Source: Isosphaeraceae bacterium (GTDB taxonomy: Bacteria > Planctomycetota > Planctomycetia > Isosphaerales > Isosphaeraceae). From it: 40,815 nucleotides of DNA. The stretch covers positions 1 through 40,815 of the forward strand of contig JBAUOX010000056.1 of the NCBI GenBank assembly GCA_049579985.1. The letters run 5' to 3'. The position numbers and the translations under genes are program-made. Of the stretch, positions 27,009-35,318 are shown piece by piece. The notes beneath the pieces were generated by a model that had not been told where the DNA came from, searched no databases, and was given only the letters and a program-made list of their open reading frames with translations. Position 1 is the stretch's first letter; the number at the start of each line of letters is the position of its first letter.

Positions 27009-27156
27009 CCTCCTGAAGAGCAGGAGGAAACCGTCATGATCGAGGACGCCCAGGTGATCAGGCTTTGCCTCCGTCTCGGTGAGGCAACTGGTCCCGCTCG
27101 TGGTCTTGAAGGAAGAAAACGGCGCAAACGTAAAGGCACGATGATCAGTTATCCGG

Positions 27157-28011
27157 TCAATGGTAAAGGAACAGCGGCACGGGGCTCTCCGCCAGTAAAC
27201 TCCGGGTCACCGAGCCGATGAAGAACTCGCGCAGGATCGGTTGACCGTAGCCGCCCATGACGATCAGCACGGACTTGTGCTCTGCCGCCGCATCCAGCAG
27301 CACAGGCGCCGTCGCCTTGTGAGTCGTGACCGGGTGGGCCTCGGCCTTGATGTCATGCAGACGCAGGTAGTCGATCGCCCGCTCGGCGGCCCGCGACGCC
27401 TCGAGCTGCTCGGAGCTCACGCTGACGACGATTGTCGGCAGCACGCCCGCTAGCCCGGAGGTTTGAAAAGCTTGTAATGCGCGAGCAGCTTGCAGGCTGC
27501 CGTCATAGGCCACAAGAACCGTATGGCCGGGATCGTCGGGCTTGATGTTCAGCCGCGCTGGAACCGCGATCACTGGCCGGGGGCTGTTCTTGAGGACGCG
27601 CCGGATCGTGTCGTCGTAACCTTCCTGGGTCTCGAAATGGAACCGCGTTTGTTGCCCCATGAGGATCAGGTCGTACCGCTGTGCCTGCAGTTCAATCTGC
27701 TCGTGCGGCATGCCCACGTCCTCCAGGACCTTGCACGCCACGCCCGCCTCCGCGCACCGGAGGCTGAATTGCGACAGGAACAACTCGACTTCGCGTCGGG
27801 CGCTGGCAATCCGCTCGCGATACAGCACCGGCTCGGCATAGGGAACACCGGCTGCGATCAATCGCGGCTCGGTTTCCCGGATGGTCGGTTCGTCCACGAT
27901 TCCCAGCCCGACCAGCAGGGCCCCCGTCTTGCGCGCCAGGTAAATTCCGACTTCGATCGCGCTATGGCTGTAGTCTGATCCGTCCAGCCCAACCAAGATG
28001 CTGCTCAGCAT
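27157..28011 (-). CDS. Tandem-domain universal stress protein
   Basis: ILVGLDGS, G.P...I, DLILMG, PRPVIAVP; second domain LVAYDGS, LIVMGGYG, FFIGSVT, PVPLFLYH. Confidence 0.92.
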   Translation of the reverse strand: MLSSILVGLDGSDYSHSAIEVGIYLARKTGALLVGLGIVDEPTIRETEPRLIAAGVPYAEPVLYRERIASARREVELFLSQFSLRCAEAGVACKVLEDVGMPHEQIELQAQRYDLILMGQQTRFHFETQEGYDDTIRRVLKNSPRPVIAVPARLNIKPDDPGHTVLVAYDGSLQAARALQAFQTSGLAGVLPTIVVSVSSEQLEASRAAERAIDYLRLHDIKAEAHPVTTHKATAPVLLDAAAEHKSVLIVMGGYGQPILREFFIGSVTRSLLAESPVPLFLYH

Positions 28012-28325
28012 GGCGGCCCTCCCAACAATGTTCCGGCTTGCCGCCCTTGAGGCGACATTACAGCTCGTCCGGGAATCGGCGATGGATTGACGCCCCGGGG
28101 GAGTTTCCTGGGGGCCCGATCTGGAGCGAATCGGCACCGGTGGCCAATTCTCACGCTCGAGATCAGCCAAACCTCAATAGTTATTCTACCAGACCCCGCT
28201 CCACCTTTCCCGGACCAACAAAAACACCCTGGGCGACTCGGTTGCCCGGGGAGCTGGCTGGTTTGCAGCGGATCTGGAAAGCAAGCAGGTCGAGAAAGTC
28301 AACCAGGACCATCGAGACAGCCATG

Positions 28326-29939
28326 TCAGAGCCCGCTGAGGTCGGCGGCGACGACGCGGATGCCCTTGCGCAGACCAAGGGTCTTGACCACCTCTTCGGT
28401 GGCCGGAACGGTCATGCTGCGCCGCGGCGAGATGCAGATACCCGAAAGCTCCTTCGGTTGCTCTTCCGTCTTGGTCTCGGTGCCCAGCACCGCCAGGCCA
28501 TTGAGCACCAGCGGCGAGGCATTGTCGATCCGCACCTGGTAGGTGGCCTTGCCCTTGACCGTCGGGCCCCGCATGTACTGTGCGCGGACCATGCGGCTGA
28601 GAACTCCCTCGGCCAATGCTTCACCGAACTTCGCGGCCTCGAACTTCTCCGTGCCAGCGGTCAGCGGCAATGAAAACTTGCCGAAGGGAACCCACTTGGA
28701 GGCCGACCCGTCACTACAGACAACCTGAACCGTGGCCTCACTCTCGGCGAACTTGACCCGGCAGCCGACCGCCGGCCCTTCGGGCTGCGTGGGGATTCCC
28801 AGCTTGGTCTTCAGGCCCAGGAAGGCCTTCTCGTTCAGTTCCTTGGTCAGGGCCGCCGCGTGAGCCGCGCCGGCAGTGCCGGTGGACTGCACGTCAAAGA
28901 GAATCGTGCCCGTCTCGGCATCCGGCAAGCTGTCCAGGCGATCCACGAATTGCTGGGCCAAGGTCAGCTCGTAGGCATTGGCCCAAGCGGAAGAGATCTG
29001 GGCGATCCGGTCCCAATCCATCCCCACGCTGAGCCGCCACATGACAAGCTGGGAGATGGTTGCGGGAGCCTTGTCGGCGGCAAGCCGCTTCAGAGCCTTC
29101 TGGACGCGATCATCGCCGTTGATCTGGGAGACGTCGCCGAGCTCAAGCTTCTCGTCCTTGGCCGGGAAGCTAACGCCCGTTTCGGACTCGGGGTCGGGCT
29201 GGGAAAGGCTGACGAGCCGGGTGGGGAGATCGCGTTTCTGCCCGGGCTTGAGGTTGGCAAAGGGAAGACTGGTCGGTGGAACGGACCTCATGCCGCCACC
29301 CATGCCACCCATACCGCCACCCATGCCGCCCATGCCCATGCCCATTCCGCCCATGCCCATGCCGCCCATACCCATCATGCCGACGGCGAGGGATCGCTGA
29401 TCCCAGCTATCGTAGTCACCGCAGAGGTACATGATCAGGCGGGCGAGCATCATCATGCCCATTGTGGGCGGCATCGTTCTGGCCGTCATGCCGCCGCCCA
29501 TCATACCACCGCCCATGCCGCCGCCCATGCCACCCATGCCGCCACCCATACCACCCATGCCGCCACCCATACCGCCACCCATACCGCCCATGCCGCCGCC
29601 CATGCCACCCATGCCACCAAACTGTCCGGTGGCGCCTTGGGCGATGAGCCCTGGGGGCAGAACGACGCGAAGCTGCTTCTTGGTATTGTTAGTGACGGAG
29701 ACGGTCATGCGTCCGTCGCCCCGCCCTGAGGCCTCGACGCCGACCAGACCCTGGTTCATGGCGTCAAGCAGGTAGTATGTCGGGATGTTCTCGTCATCGG
29801 TGGCCGGCTGCTTGGCCGTGGCAATGGCCTTTGTCTTGGCCTTGGTCTTGGCATCGTCGGCGGATACTCGACTCAATGATGGCAGCACCACGAGCAGAGC
29901 GGCCACGAGGGCGAGGAGTCCAGTCGTTGCCTGTCGCAT
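28326..29939 (-). CDS. Secreted hypothetical protein with two Gly/Met-rich low-complexity tracts
   Basis: Signal peptide (MRQATTGLLALVAALLVVLP...VSA-DD); (GGM)n tracts; normal codon usage. Confidence 0.8.
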   Translation of the reverse strand: MRQATTGLLALVAALLVVLPSLSRVSADDAKTKAKTKAIATAKQPATDDENIPTYYLLDAMNQGLVGVEASGRGDGRMTVSVTNNTKKQLRVVLPPGLIAQGATGQFGGMGGMGGGMGGMGGGMGGGMGGMGGGMGGMGGGMGGGMMGGGMTARTMPPTMGMMMLARLIMYLCGDYDSWDQRSLAVGMMGMGGMGMGGMGMGMGGMGGGMGGMGGGMRSVPPTSLPFANLKPGQKRDLPTRLVSLSQPDPESETGVSFPAKDEKLELGDVSQINGDDRVQKALKRLAADKAPATISQLVMWRLSVGMDWDRIAQISSAWANAYELTLAQQFVDRLDSLPDAETGTILFDVQSTGTAGAAHAAALTKELNEKAFLGLKTKLGIPTQPEGPAVGCRVKFAESEATVQVVCSDGSASKWVPFGKFSLPLTAGTEKFEAAKFGEALAEGVLSRMVRAQYMRGPTVKGKATYQVRIDNASPLVLNGLAVLGTETKTEEQPKELSGICISPRRSMTVPATEEVVKTLGLRKGIRVVAADLSGL

Positions 29940-30310
29940 TGAGCACCTTTCCGTTCCTCGAGACCGAGAACCGTTTGGCGATCCTGAGTTTCCGAGTTGA
30001 CCACGACCCGGCTCGAGCCAGGGAAATCGTGTCTCCCGGTCTCTGGATCCGCTTCCGGAACTGCTAGCTCGATCAATAGGTTAAGTCGATTGGTTGATCA
30101 AAAGAGGGTTGCAGCCAAGGTCTCAGAGACTTTCGTGAAGTCACCCGGCAAACCCCACTGGGCAGAGATCCGTCAACTGGTCGCGGGTTCGTCAGTGGGG
30201 AGGGAGCCGAAAGTGATGCTCTTCCGCGAGCCGTCCGGTTGGAGGCTTTAATACTACAGCGCTGGATTGGAGCTCCTGACTTCCCGCCCGAGTCGGCTGG
30301 AACCGGGCTC

Positions 30311-30387
30311 ACAAGCCTGAAGCGCAAGCGAAGGGCGTTTGAAAAATGCATATCATTCAATGTCCTTCGCTTGCGCTTCAGGCTTGT
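30311..30387. repeat. REP/REPIN-like inverted repeat with perfect 24-bp arms
   Basis: ACAAGCCTGAAGCGCAAGCGAAGG (30311-30334) / CCTTCGCTTGCGCTTCAGGCTTGT (30364-30387) around an AT-rich spacer. Confidence 0.85.
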
Positions 30388-30878
30388 TGCAAGCGACTTC
30401 CCCGGCATCGTTTGCATTCTCGACGGCGATCGATGTGGCGCTGTAGAATTAAACGCCTTCCTTTTAAGAAAAGCGTCAAACCTACTGCTTAAGCCATCAC
30501 CTGCCTGTCCTGATCTTCAAGACGAACTGCCAAGCCGTCGTATTCGCCGCGCACCATCAAGTTTACGATCCCCGGCCTGGCGTCTCGACGCGTCACTGCG
30601 ACTCAACGGCCTCGGCCGAGAAGTACCTGCCGGCTTTTCGCACCTTGCTCGATGGCGGTCTTTGACGCGGGCGACGCTGGGTTCTGGGTTTGGCCTCGAG
30701 CACACGCGCCGCACAATTCCCCGACGATCCGCCAGGTGGCTCATCGAGCGGATCGCGCTCCAGGGTGCGAAATCGCGCAGTTTGCCACCTGGTCATTCAC
30801 CCTCCGCCGGGGGGGGTGTAGAATAACGCAGTCGAATTGACCGGTGGCACGACTGGACCGCTTGTGGAGACCGAGGTG

Positions 30879-32177
30879 ATGAGACGGAACGCGACATTGA
30901 CGTTCGAGGGCCGAACGATCGAATTGCCGGTCATCGAGGGTACCGAAGGTGAGCTGGCCCTCGATATTTCCGAGCTTCGCGCCCGTACCGGCCTGATCAC
31001 GCTCGACCCGGGGTACGGCAACACCGGAGCCTGCATAAGCAAGATCACCTTCATCGACGGTGAGAGAGGGATCCTGCGCTATCGCGGCATCCCCATCGAG
31101 GAGCTGGCCAAGCACTCCACGTTCACAGAGACAGCATGGCTCTTGATCCATGGCCGTTTGCCAACCCGCGCCGAGCTCGCTCGTTACCGTGAACGACTGA
31201 CCTATCATGCACCCCTCCATGAAGCCTTCAAGCATCACTTCGAGGGCTTTCTGGTTGATGCCCCGCCCATGGCGATTCTTTCGGCCATGGTCAATACGCT
31301 CTCCTGCTTCCCGCGCCACAGCAACGAGCCCCAACCCACGACCGAGGAGGGAGAGTTTTATGAAGAGTCGGCGCGGCTGATCAGCAAGGTGCGGACCATC
31401 GCGGCCTATTCCTATCGCCGCTCGATGGGCCTGCCCTTCATTTATCCCGACCCCAAGCTGCCGTACGTCGCCAACTTTTTGCACATGATGTTCTCGATGC
31501 CCTACGAACAGCACATCGCCAGCACCGAGGTGATCGATGCGCTGAACTTGATTTTGCTCTTGCACGCCGACCACGAGCAGAATTGCAGCACCTCGACCGT
31601 CCGGGTCGTCGGCTCGAGCCAGGCCAACCTCTTCGCCTCGTGCGCCGCGGCCGTCGGTGCGCTGTGGGGCCCTTTGCATGGCGGCGCCAACGTGGCCGTG
31701 CTCGAAATGCTCGATCAGATTCACGAGGGGGGGCTGTCGGCCGAGCAGGCAATCAAGCTGGCCAAGGACCCCAAGAGCGGGTTCCGGTTGATGGGGTTCG
31801 GCCACCGAGTCTACAAGAATTTCGACCCCCGCGCCGTCATCCTCAAGCGGGCCGCCGACAGGGTGCTGGGCCAGCTCGGAGTCAACGACCCGCTGCTCGA
31901 CGTCGCCCGGCAGCTCGAGGAAAAAGCCCTATCCGACCCCTACTTCGTCGACCGGAAACTCTATCCCAACGTCGATTTCTACAGCGGCATCATCATGCGG
32001 GCCATTGGCATCCCCACCAACATGTTCACCGTGATGTTCGCGATTGGCCGGATGCCGGGCTGGATCGCCCAGTGGAAAGAGCAGCACGCCGACGGCAGGC
32101 TCAAGATCGCTCGCCCCAGGCAGATCTACATCGGCAACCGCCGGACTGATTACTTGCCGATCGATCAGCGGAGGTGA
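30879..32177 (+). CDS. gltA: Citrate synthase (type II)
   Basis: DPGYGNTG, ITFIDG..GILRYRG, LHADHEQNCST, WGPLHGGAN, MGFGHRVYK, YPNVDFYSG, RPRQIY. Confidence 0.97.
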   Translation: MRRNATLTFEGRTIELPVIEGTEGELALDISELRARTGLITLDPGYGNTGACISKITFIDGERGILRYRGIPIEELAKHSTFTETAWLLIHGRLPTRAELARYRERLTYHAPLHEAFKHHFEGFLVDAPPMAILSAMVNTLSCFPRHSNEPQPTTEEGEFYEESARLISKVRTIAAYSYRRSMGLPFIYPDPKLPYVANFLHMMFSMPYEQHIASTEVIDALNLILLLHADHEQNCSTSTVRVVGSSQANLFASCAAAVGALWGPLHGGANVAVLEMLDQIHEGGLSAEQAIKLAKDPKSGFRLMGFGHRVYKNFDPRAVILKRAADRVLGQLGVNDPLLDVARQLEEKALSDPYFVDRKLYPNVDFYSGIIMRAIGIPTNMFTVMFAIGRMPGWIAQWKEQHADGRLKIARPRQIYIGNRRTDYLPIDQRR

Positions 32178-32212
32178 AGCTCAACCTGGGCGAACCAGCC
32201 GCGATCTGCGGT

Positions 32213-33205
32213 TCATTCCAAGATCCGAACGAAGCCATCGCGGTCGAGCGAGGCGCGGTAGCCGGTGTCTGTCCAGTCGCGGCCCGGAACCCGGGCGAGC
32301 AGGCGGCCGGGGGTTTCGGGGGGTAGGGTGTCGCCCGCGTCGTTCACGACACGTATTGCGACGCCCGGCAAGGGGTGGCCCTGTGTCCCGGGCTTGTGGC
32401 CCGTCTGGCGGATGCCGTCCTGGTCGTGGTCGGCAGTCGAGCCGGTCAAGGGGCCGAGGTCGGGATGGTCAAGGTACGGGAGGCTCGGGTCGAGCGTCTC
32501 GAGTGGAAGCGACGGCAGGCTCCGGCGCTCGCACGCGGTGACACCCGCCTCAAGTACCGCCTGGCGTACGGCGAAAGCGGTGATCGGAGGCGAGACCGGC
32601 GGGCCGAACACGACGACCACGGTCCGCCGCAGGCCCCTGGGTCGTTTCCCCAAGACGCCCCCGCCGGCATAGCTGAACACGCTGCCCCAGAGGTTTTCCA
32701 GAAACATCGGCACCACCGCGGTACGCTCCCGGCCGGCGACGATCACCTCCAGCCCGCGGTAGAACGGGCCGGTCAGCCCGTTGCGGGTCATCTGGGCCTC
32801 GGGGAAGAGGCCCAGGACACCCCCGTCAGCGAGCACCTTGCGGCAGATCTCAAACATCGTGCGCTGGGCTTTCGGGCCGGAAAAGGGGACGGGGATCAAG
32901 CCGACCCAGCGGGCCCACCGGCCGATGACCGGCCAGTCGATGTAGGCGGCATTGACCAGCGCATGACCGCGGCGGGGGCAGGCCGCGGCCAGGAAGAAGC
33001 CGTCGAGCCACGATACATGGTTGGCGGCAATCAACACCGGGCCCGTTTGCGGGATGTGCTCCCGACCGATGATCCTCAGACGGTAACGAGGGAACAGCAA
33101 CACACGAACGAGGCGCTGGACCCACCACCGCAGCGAGAACAGAAAGCCGGCAACCACCAGCAGGGTGAGCGTCACGATGCCGAGGATCGACAACGACGCG
33201 TTCAT
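32213..33205 (-). CDS. PlsC-type acyltransferase fused to a short remnant of an Aas-like AMP-binding C-terminus
   Basis: N-terminal TM; NHVSWLD (HX4D); FPEAQMTRNG; C-terminal GHPLPGVAIRVV...W.DTG...LDRDGFVRI; ATGA overlap with the MFS gene. Confidence 0.8.
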   Translation of the reverse strand: MNASLSILGIVTLTLLVVAGFLFSLRWWVQRLVRVLLFPRYRLRIIGREHIPQTGPVLIAANHVSWLDGFFLAAACPRRGHALVNAAYIDWPVIGRWARWVGLIPVPFSGPKAQRTMFEICRKVLADGGVLGLFPEAQMTRNGLTGPFYRGLEVIVAGRERTAVVPMFLENLWGSVFSYAGGGVLGKRPRGLRRTVVVVFGPPVSPPITAFAVRQAVLEAGVTACERRSLPSLPLETLDPSLPYLDHPDLGPLTGSTADHDQDGIRQTGHKPGTQGHPLPGVAIRVVNDAGDTLPPETPGRLLARVPGRDWTDTGYRASLDRDGFVRILE

Positions 33206-34437
33206 GATGCTGTTTTCGTTTGGCTCGGGAAGCGGCTCAGCGGCCGGATGGAGGGCCAGACCAGCAATACAAACGCTCCGGTGAGCAGGAAGGCCAGGCG
33301 ATAGCCCGGTTGACCTGGCGCGCCCAGCGCCGCCTCGAGCCGGGCGAAGAGCGAGCCGCCGGCGACGCTGATGTTGGTCACGGCCATGAACAGGGCATAG
33401 GTTGACGCGGCCATGCGCGGGTCCGACGCCTCCATGGCCAGGACATAAAAGACCGCGTCGGTCCAGCCGTTGGCCGCTCCGAAAGCTCCCGCGGCCAGCC
33501 CCGCCGGGGCCGGTCCGGAGATCGCGGCCTGAAGCATGGTCGCGGCCGCCAGGGCGAGAACTCCGGCTTTCAGAACCCAGGATCGCCCCAGCCGGGCCGC
33601 GAACACCGGCAGGAGCGCTGCACCGATCACGCGGCCAACGTAGCGCGATGAGCCGAGGGCGCCGATGGTTCGCTCCCGGAAGTGGAGCGCCTCGTTGTAA
33701 AACGAGCCGAGGTTGATTTCGACGCCGTAGCCAACCAGGGCATAGAAAGCACCGAAGGCCAGGAGCACCAGGGAACGGGGACGGAGCAGGACGCTCAGGG
33801 CGCGCCACTGAAACCGCTCGGCGTCCTGGGCGCGTCTTGGCTCCGGCACGATCAACGCTTGAATCAAGGGGATGATCCCCAATGCCGAGCAGATCCAGAG
33901 CACCGGACCGCCGCGGCCGGGGCCATTGCCTGTGAACTCGAGCAAGAAGCCGAAGCCGAGCGTGCAGAGCATGGCGGCCGCGGCCCGACTTGCGACCAGC
34001 ATGCCCTGCACGCGGTCGCGGTCGGCCGCTGGCGTGACGTCGATCACCATGCCGTCGCAGCATGTGTCGTAAAGCGCCAGGCCGGCGACGGTGAGCAGTG
34101 CCAGGGCCGTGAATCCAGCCAGGTTGTTAGCGGGGTGCATCAAGGAAAGACTGAGAAGACCCAACGACTGCACCACCAGGCCGATCATGATGTAGGGCTT
34201 GCGGTGCCCGAATCCCAGCAAGTTGAACCGGTCGGATAAGGGACCGCCCAGGAACTTGAGGATAAATGGCAGAAGCGCCAGACTCTGCGCATCGGCGGCA
34301 GCCGCCTTGCTCACGCCGCCGGCCATCATGTACAGCAGGTTGTAATTGAAGAAGTAGGCGACGACGACGCCTTGAAGCGCGTAAAGCGAGGCAAAGAGCG
34401 CCAGGTAACCCGAGAGAACCCGCTGTTTCCCGTCCAT
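33202..34437 (-). CDS. MFS transporter, AmpG/acetyl-CoA transporter-like
   Basis: LYALQG, LPFILKFL.GP.SDR, GHRKPY, DTCCDG..ID; about 12 TM segments. Confidence 0.85.
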   Translation of the reverse strand: MDGKQRVLSGYLALFASLYALQGVVVAYFFNYNLLYMMAGGVSKAAAADAQSLALLPFILKFLGGPLSDRFNLLGFGHRKPYIMIGLVVQSLGLLSLSLMHPANNLAGFTALALLTVAGLALYDTCCDGMVIDVTPAADRDRVQGMLVASRAAAAMLCTLGFGFLLEFTGNGPGRGGPVLWICSALGIIPLIQALIVPEPRRAQDAERFQWRALSVLLRPRSLVLLAFGAFYALVGYGVEINLGSFYNEALHFRERTIGALGSSRYVGRVIGAALLPVFAARLGRSWVLKAGVLALAAATMLQAAISGPAPAGLAAGAFGAANGWTDAVFYVLAMEASDPRMAASTYALFMAVTNISVAGGSLFARLEAALGAPGQPGYRLAFLLTGAFVLLVWPSIRPLSRFPSQTKTAS

Positions 34438-34457
34438 CCCGCGCGGCACTCCCCTGC

Positions 34458-35240
34458 TCATTCCGGCGATTCGAGAACGGTGTCGGGGTAGTCGCCGAGA
34501 TCGGCGCCGGACTCGACATCCGCAAGGGCGTCAGGACCCGCAGTGGCGCCGGGCAGGCGGCCGGACCGCAGTGCGTGCTGCATCATTTCCTTGGCCCGCT
34601 GCGACCAGGGCATGGCCTCGATGCGCGCGATCGTCTCCTCGACGGGATAGGTCACGCGCTTGAACTCGATCCGGTGGTCGTCGATGATCGCGTAGGCTGC
34701 GCGAGGGTCGCCGTCGCGAGGTAGGCCGACGCTTCCCGGGTTGAGTACCACGGTTCCTTCCACCTGGAGGTTGAACTGCATATGAGAGTGCCCCACGCAG
34801 ACGATGTCAGCCTCGACGTTCTGCAGTCGCCTGGCCCAGACGTCCGGGTCCTTCAGCAGGTATTCGTCGAGTGGGTCGCGGGGTGTGGCATGCACCAGCA
34901 GGAACCGCTTGCCAGCCAGCGTGACCCGCTGGGTGACCGGCAACTGCAGCAGGTAGCGCCTCTCTTCGGGCGCGAGAGAATCCCACATCGAGGGGCGAGA
35001 AACCTTGGTCAGGTACCGGAAGCCGATGTCGCCGGTAACGGGAATTCCCTGGGCGACGCCATGATCGTGATTGCCCCGGATCGCGTAGGTGGCATGGTCC
35101 ATGGCCCAGCGCACGCATTCGCCTGGGTCCGGGCCGTAGTCAACCAGGTCTCCCAGGCAAAGGCAGACATCGTGGGGCTCGTCGATGGCCGCCAGGGCCG
35201 GCCAGTTTGCGTGGATGTCCGAGACGACAAGTATCCTCAT
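34458..35240 (-). CDS. Calcineurin-like metallophosphoesterase
   Basis: SDIHAN, GDLVDYG, GNHD, VHA, GHSH, NPGSVG.PRDGD. Confidence 0.92.
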   Translation of the reverse strand: MRILVVSDIHANWPALAAIDEPHDVCLCLGDLVDYGPDPGECVRWAMDHATYAIRGNHDHGVAQGIPVTGDIGFRYLTKVSRPSMWDSLAPEERRYLLQLPVTQRVTLAGKRFLLVHATPRDPLDEYLLKDPDVWARRLQNVEADIVCVGHSHMQFNLQVEGTVVLNPGSVGLPRDGDPRAAYAIIDDHRIEFKRVTYPVEETIARIEAMPWSQRAKEMMQHALRSGRLPGATAGPDALADVESGADLGDYPDTVLESPE

Positions 35241-35318
35241 GCCCGGGCTTCTCACAGGATCGGAGCGGGGATGGTCCCTGACCCGCGCGAAGGTCGTAAG
35301 TAAGTAAGTAGCGCGTGA

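Noticed and set aside
30590..30634. Cobalamin riboswitch suggested by GTCACTG...GAGAAG...ACCTGCC
   Set aside because: The upstream GGGAA/CGGTG/CCCGC-ACTGT core is missing and the spacing is wrong.
33206..34063. 616-aa ORF 32213-34063 as a single protein
   Set aside because: The N-terminal half is an alternative frame over the MFS gene; the acyltransferase starts at 33205.
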